Source: Haliotis cracherodii (Eukaryota). Taken from it: 64,000 nucleotides of DNA. The notes under the pieces were generated by a model, which saw only the letters and a list, made by a program, of their open reading frames with translations, searched no databases and was not told the DNA's origin. Below are positions 24,701-36,300 of the stretch, piece after piece; the first letter of the stretch is position 1, and each line of letters begins with the position of its first letter. The stretch spans positions 29,698,001-29,762,000 of the forward strand of contig NW_027266275.1 of assembly GCF_022045235.1 (NCBI RefSeq), in the 5' to 3' direction. The position numbers and the translations under genes were made by a program.

Positions 24701-27700
24701 AATTAAGATACAATACACTTGGTAGTTCATGAGAGCATGAAGCCCCATATTTAACTTACTCTCTGCAGCCAAGGGATGATGCATTTGGAGTGAAACTGAT
24801 GTTGACATGGCAATGTCTTGGTCTCGTCCTCTTCGTCAAAGTCCGCAAGACACACAGAACACTTCATACACTGAGCTGACAGTAAAGACAAGGATGTCAT
24901 TAAAGGCATATTGAACGGACATTCAGTCCAAAGAAGTTAAGGATCACATGATTCTTCATATTACAACAGTTAATCTGTCATGTCATGTCAGTAACTTCTC
25001 TTGAGTAGTATATTTTCTTGTTTTTCTTGGTTTATGGGCACCATGTTCAGTTTAGTAGTGTAAAGTGTATTTTAAAGGACAAAAATCCTCCACATTCCTA
25101 ACATTCTAGTATACTGCACAGCTGAAAACAAACTGAATGGTGCTGCACCTGCAATATTCCAGCTATATGACGGCAGTCTGTAAATAATCCACTCTGAACC
25201 AGGCAATCCTGTGACTGATATGAGCAACAATTGGGATATGATGACCTGCATCAACAAATTCAGCGAGCCTGGCCAACCGATCCCATTACTTGCCTCTTTC
25301 AACAGACCTACTCACAACCTGGAAACCTGTGAAGATCCAGATAGAGCGCCACAAGATGGTCCTTCTTCAACAGTTTACACCTCACAGATATTAATCTGAT
25401 ATTGTATATACCAGTGAAATAATACCACCCAGCTTTTGACGGACATTTCTATATACCAAAACCAAAGGAGAATTTAGTGCTATATTTGCATCTTCTTTTG
25501 TCACACTGAATTGGGATGTTTCAAGTGTCCATGGCTGTGATACTGCCGGAAAACAATACCCCCTCACTCCTATGTTACAACATGCAAATTGGCAGTATTG
25601 CAAGAGATTCAAGAAGTTCTAATATGATTTTCTCTATATGATCCTTTTATGGTTACCAGTATTAAATAGCATTTAACCTTTGCATTTTGAAAATGTCTAT
25701 TCTCTCGAAACACATTCAAGGATTTGTAAACAAAATTCACTATGATGACATTTGATATCCGAGGTCCTTGGAAAATAATGTCATGTCTAATGTAGACATC
25801 ATAATTTGTTCAAATTGTGTTGATGTTATTTTTTTTATTGAAAATGGTTTTAAGCATCTTATTCTCCAACACCACAGAAACCTGAAAGTAACACAAATAA
25901 CAGGACACATTAGAGCCAACAAATAATCTACCTGCTTGCGTTGGTCCTATAACTTTAGTCGGGAGGTTTTCAACCACTTTCTTAGAGGCTGGTGGAACTT
26001 TTCGCTCTCCTCCAAATATTCTTAAACAAATAAAACATGAACTAAATCAAGACAATTACTGATTGTGCCAAATATTACTATTTAGTATCACGATATCCTT
26101 GCCTTACATATTGCTACATATCATAATACTTGAGTCACGATACAATACATATACTACTCAAAAGAACGCCCAAAAGACTGTTTGATTGGTTCGATTCAGT
26201 GAGTGAGTGAGTGAGTTTGATTTTACACCGCTTTTAGCAATATTCCAGCAATATCACGGCGGGGGACACCAGAAATGGGCTTCACACATTGTACCCATGT
26301 CGGGAATCGAACCCGGGTTTTCAGCGTGAAGAGCGAATGCTTTAACCACTAGACTACCCGACCGCCCCTCGTTCGATTCAGATTGGCATCATGTCACTTG
26401 GTTTCATGACGTGCACTAAGTAAACCCAAGTAGCTAGCTATCAGGACAGCTTATTGTAAAACTTAATGATACAGAAACAAATATATTTCGACATGGGAAG
26501 TCACATCGAGTATAGTATTGTCAGCTGTGAATAGTGATGCATCTTGCATCACTGAATTCTGAAAACCCTACTATTTCCAGTTCAGGCATTTACTAAATCC
26601 CATGGAAAGAAAACGTGTTCAAAATTGGGATTGTTTTAAGTTCTTATTTTCTTTAAACATTACGTAGTCACACTATTGTTGTTGCAGTTGATTTTTATCC
26701 AGGAATTACCTGGCCATTCTAAACATAATTTAAACAAATAAAACTGACACAAACAACTACAGGTCTTTATGCAAAATTATTGAGAAGTTGGAGAAATCAC
26801 TTGAGAAACTCACAAATTCAAGTAATTTCTCCATTACCAAAATTCAGATGTATGTTTATTAATAATGTAAAACTAAGCATTTATGCCTCCATCTATTTAT
26901 TGATCCTGCTATCAGTGAAGCAGAAGACAACTATAAGCAGATAAATCCTAGTTTTTAATGTTGTAATAATAAGTTTGATTGTCCAATAAAGAATAAGAGG
27001 CTTTAACGCTTAATTTAACATTACTGCATGGAATGGAATGTTGATATACAATGTTAAAACACCACTGAAATTAAGCAAATGTGAACTTTAAAAACCCAAT
27101 TCTGAATTCTAATTTTCCAGTTATTAGTTTGGAATTAACCATTGTATTCACCTGTTGAAGTCCTCATCGGCAGCGTAGCCAGTGTCAAGCAACAATCTGG
27201 GACAAAAGGGATGCAGCTGTTAAATGTTTTCTAACAAAGAAAACATGAAGTTTGTTGTTTAATGCCACGCTCAGCAATATTCCAGCTATATGATGGCAGT
27301 CTGTAAATTATAGACACTGGACCAAACCATTCAGTGATTGACATCATGAGCGTCCATATGTGCAGCTGTGACATGATAACATTCAACCAAGTCAGCGAGT
27401 CTGACCACCCGATCCTGTTCGTCGCCTCTTATGACAAGCATGGGTTGATTGTAGAAAAATATGCAATCTGACAGATCTGTTGACCTCTGAGGGAGTTTAA
27501 ACAGGTATGCCAAACTATACACAGCCAGAATTGTAAAGATTTTTCAACAATACTTTCTGTTGAAATAAATACTGGTCTTTTAGCTTTTTCGCCTACAAAG
27601 ATCTATAAATTGAAATTGGTGTGAATCTTAATCTCATTAAAATCAGATCATTTTCTCTGATACTATAAAATCTGAGGACATAGAAGGATGCGTCATGTGA

Positions 27701-30014
27701 ACCCTAAACGAACTTTGACTGCTCAATCTAAACGAAGGATGCACAGGTTCTGGAGCCAATCAGATGTCAGCTTTCTAGAATGATTTGGCTTCCTCTTTTT
27801 ATCACTTCAACTGGAAAATTTAAATTGTACAAATGAAATCCCATACAGAACACCAATTAGCAATAATAAAACAGGGGTAATAGCTAAGACTGCACCTCAG
27901 CAAGACGTCAACCAAGTGAAAATAGATCCTCACCCAAAATGAAAACGGCTACTTTTATGAGGCGAAAACGGCACCTTATTTGTTATTTTACTTTGGTTTT
28001 TAAAAATAAGCAATAAATTAATTGGTGACATTTCCCTGAGATGCCATTTTAGCCTGCATCCTATGATGGTGCTGCCTTATATTTCTACTTTGTGTTTCTT
28101 TTAGATACGGGGGCGGTCGGGTAGCCTAGTGGTTAAAGCGTTCGCTCGCCACGCCGAAGACCAAGGTTCGATTCCCGACATGGGTACAATGTGTGAAGCC
28201 CATTTCTGGTGTCCCCCGCCGTGATATTGCTGGAATATTGCTAAAAGCGGCGTAAAACCATACTCACTCACTCACTCTTTTAGATACAGAGATGAGGAGA
28301 GGTGAAATGAGTTTTGACATTGTGTTCAAGATTATTGCATTTATATAGCAACATGCATGTATGCATGTGTGTGGCTGCTTGTGCTAGTCCAGACAAATTC
28401 TAGTTTTATAGTGCAAGCTGACTGAGACACCATGCTGCAGTTTAACATGGATACCCACTCAGACACAATATACTGACTCCGAGCCGACCAGTCCTTGTTA
28501 TATACCCTAAATGCCAAGCTGAAGGCAGGGTAACAATAAGTACCAAGGCAAGCTGAAGGCAGGGTAACAACAAGTACCATCATTAAGCATCTTCTGGTAT
28601 GACACGGCCAGGGATCAACCCACTGACCTTCCACTCTCTGGGAAGGTGCTCTATCCACTAGACCACAGAGCCGGTCTTGAGGCATGCTGGTTTGAATACC
28701 AAGAAATTAGAAGCCTCAAAGCTGATGTGACCTCTAATGGAGGTGTCCTCAGATCGTCTTGCAGGGAGGTATCATAACGTGAGGGGAATACAAGATCTGA
28801 TTTTAATGAGATTGATGGGAATCCATCAATATTATTCAGTTATTTGCTTTTAGACACAAGTCCAAAGCCTAATTCTAATTCTAATTCTCACAATATTATA
28901 CACATATCAGGATATCTACAACACAACGTTTTGCTTATTACATTTTCAATGACCGATCTGTGGTTATCCCCTACCTGACATTATATAAATCTCATTTCCT
29001 ACAATTGTTCAGCTCTTAGTCTTCAACACTCAGTCTGATGGGAGTATGGGGTGGCCCAGTGGCTAGAGTCACTTGTCACTCACAGGACCACGGTTAGATT
29101 CCCAATAGGGAGAAACCTAGTCTGTCATACAGACCCGACAACAAATATATCAAATACAGCCCTTATAAGTCTATAATATTTGGCAAGTCTAGATTACTGC
29201 AATATCAGATTTGTTTAGTCTCTGAAAATGAGGAGAGTATCCAAGTTCCTTCTTATTATATTTCTTAACTATAATTTAACAACTGTTTTTATCTGTAAAA
29301 TATGTTCATTTCAGAGACTATAGATGTTAGTATCCGGTTCTGATCATCATATTCATAAGCTGGGGTCCTTGAAAAGGGGTGCAGGCTAAAACGGCACCTC
29401 AGCAAAACGTCACCGATTTCTCTGGCGAAAACGGCACCGCATTTGGCGAAAACGGCTACTATGTGTCGGGCGAAAACGGCACAATTTCACAATTATGTGT
29501 GTTTGTAAGAGACCATGTGAGTTTAATTTATATTATTTTTCTTCAAAGCATGTTATGTTTTCACAATAAGTTGAGATGAGTATAAGCTAGGTTGGATTAT
29601 AGTCGGAGTAGAGGCTAATTTCTAATGTAATCTTGTTTTAACATCTCACAATTATTGGTGTTTGCAAGTTACCATGTAAGTTTAATATCACTTATTTGAC
29701 CAAGGTAAAAAGAAATAAGGTGCCGTTTTCGCTTGAGTCGAGGTGCCGTTTTCGCCCGGTGACGTTTTGCTGAGGTGTCGTTTTAGCTATAACCCCCTTG
29801 AATAGTAGTTAACATTATTTTTTCTTGTTAATTATATGTGTGGTGTCTTAGATGACTTAGAAACCTAACCGCGAGCCGCAACCTGCTCTGAAACACTGTT
29901 CGAACGTTTGTTGTGCACAACATTAGAAAGATACCTTGCTAAATGAAGAAGATGGTTTGGACGCTCTCCGTCTCTTAGAGGTTCACAGTCGTGTTCGTCG
30001 TAATATGATGCCAT
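21709..30014 (-). CDS. RNF181: E3 ubiquitin ligase RNF181, 154 aa; complement(join(21709-21768,22821-22895,24760-24875,25932-26020,27152-27196,29935-30014))
   Basis: N-terminus [12 protein letters not shown]...[23 protein letters not shown]2 CSVCLADF...[40 protein letters not shown]-terminus [11 protein letters not shown]. Six GT-AG exons in frame; AATAAA (- strand) at 21495-21500. Confidence 0.95.
23870..24130 (-). mobile_element. SINE-like family B copy (near full length)
   Basis: Reverse complement of the 43770-44000 copy, with (aaac)n tail. Confidence 0.88.
25140..25300 (-). mobile_element. SINE-like family B copy (partial)
   Basis: gcaatattccagctatatgacggcagtctgtaaataatc...cagcgagcctg...ccgatccc. 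Confidence 0.75.
26200..26370 (-). mobile_element. tRNA(Asp-like)-derived SINE family A
   Basis: A and B boxes, (tcac)n tail, 11-bp TSD gttcgattcag. Confidence 0.92.
27250..27450 (-). mobile_element. SINE-like family B copy
   Basis: Same core as the other copies. Confidence 0.8.
28109..28275 (+). mobile_element. tRNA(Asp-like)-derived SINE family A, full length
   Basis: A box tagcctagtgg, B box ggttcgattcc, tail gctggaatattgctaaaagcggcgtaaaac plus (tcac)n, 12-bp TSD tcttttagatac. Confidence 0.93.
28345..28677 (-). mobile_element. V-SINE-like SINE family C
   Basis: tRNA-like head gaccggctctgtggtctagtgg; central cataccagaaga...gatggtacttgttgttaccctg resembling the V domain; paralogous to 44248-44560. 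Confidence 0.75.
29047..29330 (+). repeat. ~280-bp repeat with degenerate tRNA-like head; second copy ~39605-39870
   Basis: Both read ggggtggcccagtgg...gtcactcacaggac...atagggagaaacctagtctgtcatacagaccc...ctgtaaaatatgttcatttcagagacta. Confidence 0.8.
29376..29796. mobile_element. MITE with ~40-bp TIRs and subterminal gcgaaaacggca repeats
   Basis: ggggtgcaggctaaaacggcacctcagcaaaacgtcaccg / cggtgacgttttgctgaggtgtcgttttagctataacccc; near-TSD cttgaaaa/cttgaata; related ends at 27873, 28060, 30862 and 32968. Confidence 0.85.
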
Positions 30015-30351
30015 TACTTTTGTTTCAGTCACATATACAACTAACGACGTCTATCTTGTAACGGGACGTAGGTGGTCGGTCTCGCCTAACAGTAACCAGC
30101 AGGTGCGTGGATCAGTGATCGTGCAGTTTTAACGGCTGTTGTTTACTTCCGCTAATGTCGCTTAAATCATAAAGAAAAACGAAATGGGATAAACAATTAA
30201 CATCACATCATTATACACTGTAACGTTGGTAGCAAATTTTCCTAGCAACCCTAGCTGTATTTTGACGAAAGAAAGATTTTTAAGTATCCACAAAATGCCA
30301 AAGTGTACACTAATGATTCGCGTATGATGTAGGGTGGTCAAATGATCCAAG
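30015..30351. promoter_or_regulatory. Bidirectional promoter RNF181/BLOC1S2
   Basis: Divergent ATGs 337 bp apart; ETS-type acttccgc (~30145); YY1 motif caagatggcgg overlapping the BLOC1S2 start codon. Confidence 0.75.
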
Positions 30352-33300
30352 ATGGCGGAAAAGCAGGAACCACGGGAAACGTCAAATGTTAAAACGCCTA
30401 GGTCTTCCCAGAGGAAAGGTAAAACTGATCAGTTTCCATCTTTATTGATTGGTTATTTTCTTCTCCTTTTGAATGATTATTCAAAATGAATGATATTGCT
30501 GACTTAAACAGTCCAAATACATTTTCAGACCAGTGCCCTAAATTAACCCCTCCCCTCCCAAAAACAAGTTTTTGTTGGGGAACGTAAAGGGGATATTTAG
30601 GGTTGATTTATGACCAGAAAGATGATTAGATCGATTTGTTCATATAAACAGACATATGTCCCCACGTTGCAATGACAACAACAGTGTTTTGATCCTTGGG
30701 AGTTCCCGAAAACAAGTAGGCGAAGACTAGTTTTGTTTGGTTGACGCTGATAAAGTAGAAACTGAGTTTTTTAGAAATAGGAATAGAATATAACACACAA
30801 GTGACAATTATCGGGATTAACAATCCCCATCGGCAACTGCACACTGTTTTGTTTTTTCCCCGGGTGCAGGCTAAAACAGCACCTCAGCATAACGTCACTG
30901 ATTTTGTCCGCAAATATCAGTGTCATCTTCAATGTCTCCTAGCATTTCACAACACTGGGGAGTAGTGCACTTTACCGGGCGCACTTTTCCAGATCCAATT
31001 AGCACTGTGGGGGATCTCGAACTCGCTTCGCCGGCTCACAGGCTCTGCTAATTAATGCGTTAATCAGCTGACGCTCTACCACTGGACCACATGCGCTTTC
31101 ACATGTATACTCGGACCCCATGGTACCGCGGCATTCATCGTATCGCGGCATTTGTGATTTCCGATAGTTCACGCGGGACACGCCTCTTAGCGTCTGTCTT
31201 TTAATGCAAATCAGTTACCACGAAGTGCTCACTTCGTAAACAATTTCAATTTCCTCGGAATGTTCCGTCTGCTGTAAGTAAGGAGTTATTAATCAGTTGA
31301 TACATATTTCTGGCATCTGTTGTAATATTGCCTTACCCCTATCTATCAATGGCCAACGATATAACCCGCAGTTCCCCAAGTAAACTTTCTCTATCGACCT
31401 GAACTAGACCATCTGTATATTCATGGCGACTATTGAGGTAACAGAAGTTACGTAGTCCGCACATTTTTTCCCGCTCTGTGCCCAGAATCTATTGGGAGAT
31501 CATAAGGGCCATAATGCCAAACTTAGAAATACGTTCTTCACTATTAACCAAAAGATAAATACATACTTTGGGCATACTAGGAGTGCTTTTTATATATTTA
31601 TTGTTGACTTTTAACATATTTTTCATTTTGTGACAAATTATTGTCATCCAATTTTTTTTAAACAATCTTAGAATATCATTTCTGATATTTTGATGTTGAC
31701 TTATAAAAATAGTTTTCTCTTACTTTTCGGTAAATATGCATTGAATACCTATTGCTGATAACACATTTAGAATTTTACTTGTGCTGTCTTTGCACTTGTC
31801 TGGACAAATCACTGATGTCTGGCATGATCATATCAAGTGGTTGGTAGAATTACGTCCTCTTTTGTCCAATTCGGACCTCCATACACAACTTTTCTCTGTA
31901 CCGCGATACGATGGAGTTCTCTCCCTTGTCAAACAGAGCGCGAGGCCCGGCTTTTACTCGGAGCTACTGATGTAAATAATGAACTTTTATCAGTAAAATA
32001 TGCATTGTTTGATAACATGAATGAAATCTGATACAGAGAACACGAATAAACATAAAGGTTAGTGGGTGCATTTTGTTCCGTTTAGCGTACATGACAAGTA
32101 CCGCGATACCCCGAGGTTGCAGGCTAATTAGTGCTTGGTTAACGGGTCATTAGAATCCCCATTAACACGCATGTGTAATTCAGTAAACAATGAATTGCAC
32201 ATGCGTGTGACGTCACGGTCCGCTCTCCCACTGATCTTTTCTTGAAACCACACCCGCCATTGTTTATGTCAACATGACCAGAGAGAGGTAACCATCTTTT
32301 ATTCATGTCAAATATCTTATCCTTCCGTGATGTGAATGACTTCTTCACATAAACATTATATGACAGTTTAATAGGACAGTGTGTTGGTATTTGTTCTATT
32401 TGTATTTATATCACTTTCAACAAAGTTGTTGGTCTTGACAGCAACATTGAACACAGACCAGGATCAGGGAAAGAATGTTTTGTGTGCGATCCATTGGGTT
32501 TGGAAGTAGTCAGTTATAACTGTATCACCCATGCCGGACAGGTTGTTGTCTTGTTCCTGATGCTGCAGTGCAAGTTTTTTACAAAGACAGGCAACAAAAT
32601 GAAATATAACATATAACATACTGAGATTCATAGATTATACTTAAAACAGTATAAATATAAATGTTTAAATAGGTATAAATAAAAAAAAGTAAAAGGTAAT
32701 TTAACTGAACAACATATGTGAATCCCTAAGAATCCGCTACCTTCTTTTGGCCTTTCTGTGACACTATGTCAAAGGTACTTAGAACTTAATACATGTGATG
32801 TTTTCACACTAGTAGTGCCTCCCAGTCAGAGTTGGTGAGTAATTTTTTTTCATTTATTTCAGTACCTAGGTAAAAAAAAGTTAGGTGCTGGTTTTTGCCA
32901 GGCAATAGTAGCTGTTTTTTCTTTAGGCAAGGTGCCGTTTAGCTGAGGTGCCATTTTAGCTATAACCCTTTTTGTCGTTTGTGCAGACCGATGCAGAAGG
33001 AATACACCGTAGAATGACAGTAAGACATGGCAAGACTGAAAATGCCAAAACATTTAGACTGAAAACAGCATTAACATTTTCTGTAACTTCAATAATGGCA
33101 AAATGACATTTACAGATAAAAATCTATATTTCTATGAACATTGTTAACCATATAATTCATACTCAACAACTTCTTATGGAAAAGGTTTGCTAAGTTGTTA
33201 AAACTTCATTCACCATGTGAATGAAATATATTATGGGTAACCATTCTTTGTCTTGTCAATTTCTATTTTACCATGGATACACAGCTAGTGATATTGACCA

Positions 33301-36300
33301 TTCTCAGTGTATTTTACTGATTTTGCAAGTATATTTGAGCGGAAAATGCAAAACACTGCAATGGCTTGTCATTATTAGATGAGTTTGTACATCTAGGCAC
33401 ACTGCAGACAGACTTTGATCTGTGTTTACCATGTTTAAGGCAGAAAACAGTGCTATACCAATGACAACAATGGTCAATGCTGTGACCACATGCCAAAACT
33501 TAAACAGCACCTGGTCTAGTCACTTTGTGAACACTTGACTAATATGCTTGGTGTCCATAAGAGGAACATCAGGTTTTGACCAGAGAGGGGAAGATCTTTC
33601 AAGTATGTATCAAATCAACTAAGGCTGATAAGAAAGAGAAATGTCAATCTCATTAAAATCAGATCTTAGTTCTCGCTACCGTTAAACAAAGATCTGAGGA
33701 CATCCCATTAGGGGTCAGAACGACCTTTCATCCGACCAATCAGAGCGTTGCTTAGCAGATCATGAAATTGACAGTCGGAATGTGTTTCCTAATCATGCAA
33801 CCTCGGAAACGTTAACACGGTAATTACGAACGACAGTTACGGCCCGTACAACTGATTCCGTCAAAATTATTGTCTATCTCTCTCTTCCTTGGGAGAAACA
33901 TTTGAACGGAGGAGGCGTTGTACAGTACGTGGGAAGCACTGCCATACAATCGCAACCATTTATTAGACATTCCGGAATGTTCGTTTGTTCAGTTTTTTAA
34001 ATTTTAATCGAGAACTGTGTCAACATTTTTTCAAGCGTAGTCTGAAATGGAAGTCGCCAGGTTGAAACGAGTGCCGTAGAGCTCGAGAAAACTGCTTTCT
34101 AGTTGGCTGATGTTGACTTCCTGTTAGTCGTTTCAGTGGGAGGTCAAGGTTTGTGAAAGGTCGTTCTGCCGTGAGCCGTAATGGGATGTCCTCAGATCTT
34201 TGTTTAGCGGCAGCGAGAGCTTAGATTTGATTTTAATGAGATTGGAGAAATATCAATCCATGACAGTGACATGTCGCTCAAGTTCTCATCATATTGTTGT
34301 GTGTAGGCACTCTTGAGTAAATCTGGGCAATCGGGTGGCCTTGTGGTTAAAGTGATTGCTTATCATGCCAAAGGCCAGGGTTCAATCACTCCCCACCCTA
34401 CCCCCAATGAAAAGCTGTTATGCATTGATATAGTATGAAATGTATGCTGATTGCTTCATACAGAGATGGATATTGTAAAGGTTAAGACACAGATATACAT
34501 GTGTAAAGTGTGTTGCAGTTATGCAGCAAGAGAGTGTACAAGATGTCCAGGATGTACCACCTTCAGATGTTGTGAAACTGTGCGAGGAGACATTTCAAAA
34601 GACAGCAGAATATCTCAGAGGGGAATTAGAAGGTAAGAGATTTTAGCACTAATTTATTAATCTTCTGAGAATTATATACACCTATAATAAAAATATTTTC
34701 TTATTTTCACTGTATAATACTGTGTTAACTAAGGCTGTTACGATTCACCCACGTATTCGGTAAATCGAACTTCATGAATTGAATATATTTGTGGCCACTT
34801 ACTAAGAATCAAATATTTATGAATATGCAATCATGTGCATTTACAGAAATGTGAAATATCCATAAGAACATATTACATGCATAGACTTCTTCAAAGACAA
34901 TACCACTCTTATAATAATTAATTTGACAGTATTGTAGTCACTGGTCATTGTAGCATTTGAACAGATACTAGTACCTGGATAAGTGCAGTATATGAATGTA
35001 TAATATATTAATAATTAACAAACCATGTCAAATATTTTATGTTGTTATTGTTTCACTATATATAACAAATAACAAATCAAGTGCTAACTTGTTATTGTAT
35101 TCATGATTTAATATTCATATTCGTTACCCTATATTCGTGATATGAAACATATTCGCCTCATAGTGTATTCGTTGCAGCCCTAGTGTTAACATTATGTTGT
35201 TATGGACTCCTACTTGGTGGCAGGTATATGTCAGGCTATGTCTACTTGCAGGAACTGTGGAAGACTACAAGCTCCTGGAAAAGATGAACAAAGTTACCAT
35301 CTGCAAATACTCAGAAATGAAAAACATTGCTGTCAGCATTGGCTCCTCTCTTACAGAGCTTAATGACAAATGTGAGCAGCGTTAGAAAATGGCACTCGTC
35401 CTGTAGTCCTTACCAAACTGCCCAATAGTTATGTTAGCATTATAAGGACTAGTGGACAAAAACTGTTAGTTTCTAACCCTGGTGTGCTATATCTGATTGT
35501 GTTGAACACAAAGTATGCCTGAGGGAAATGAATGGATAACATATTCAGTCATTTCTTACTTTCAGTTTGTGGCCACTTCTTATAATGAAAGCCAGGGGCA
35601 TGGATCCCTCGGTGATCGAATATACATGAATGTTGTGTAAGGAGTTATGTCCCTTACCTGGGCCAGAGATGCTCTTCATAGATTTGATCTGTCAACACTA
35701 TACACCGGGCTAGGGAGTGCTGTTCATAGATTTGATCTGTCAACACTATACACTGGGCTAGGGAGTGCTGTTCATAGATTTGATCTGTCAACACTATACA
35801 CTGGGCTAGGGAGTGTTGTTCATAGATTTGATCTGTCAACACTATACACTGGGCTAGGGAGTGTTGTTCATAGATTTGATCTGTCAACACTATACACTGG
35901 GCTAGGGAGTGTTGTTCATAGATTTGATCTGTCAACACTATACACTGGGCTAGGGAGTGTTGTTCATAGATTTGATCTGTCAACACTATACACTGGGCTA
36001 GGGAGTGTTGTTCATAGATTTGATCTGTCAACACTATACACTGGGCTAGGGAGTGCTGTTCATAGATTTGATCTGTCAACACTATACACTGGGCTAGGGA
36101 GTGCTGTTCATAGATTTGATCTGTCAACACTATACACTGGGCTAGGGAGTGCTGTTCATAGATTGATCTGTCAACACTATACACTGGGCTAGGGAGTGCT
36201 GTTCATAGATTTGATCTGTCAACACTATACACCGGGCTAGGGAGTGCTGTTCATAGATTTGATCTGTCAACACTTTACACTGGGCTAGGGAGTGCTGTTC

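Larger units (their letters stand above)
27629..28814. mobile_element. Long-TIR element (same family as 33645-34244) carrying nested MITE (~27873-28061) and two SINEs
   Basis: Ends taatctcattaaaatcagatc / gatctgattttaatgagattg; decayed ~10-bp flank duplication gtgtgaatct/atgggaatcc. Confidence 0.65.

Noticed and set aside
28109-28185. tRNA-Asp gene (also 61357, 26290, 42691, 48700)
   Set aside because: No proper acceptor stem; each continues into a shared body, (tcac)n tail and TSD, so these are SINE heads.
32987-33019. Extra BLOC1S2 exon (tttgtcgtttgtgcag...ACA|GTAAGA)
   Set aside because: Hits TAG in the required phase and has no homology support; could at most be a rare poison exon.
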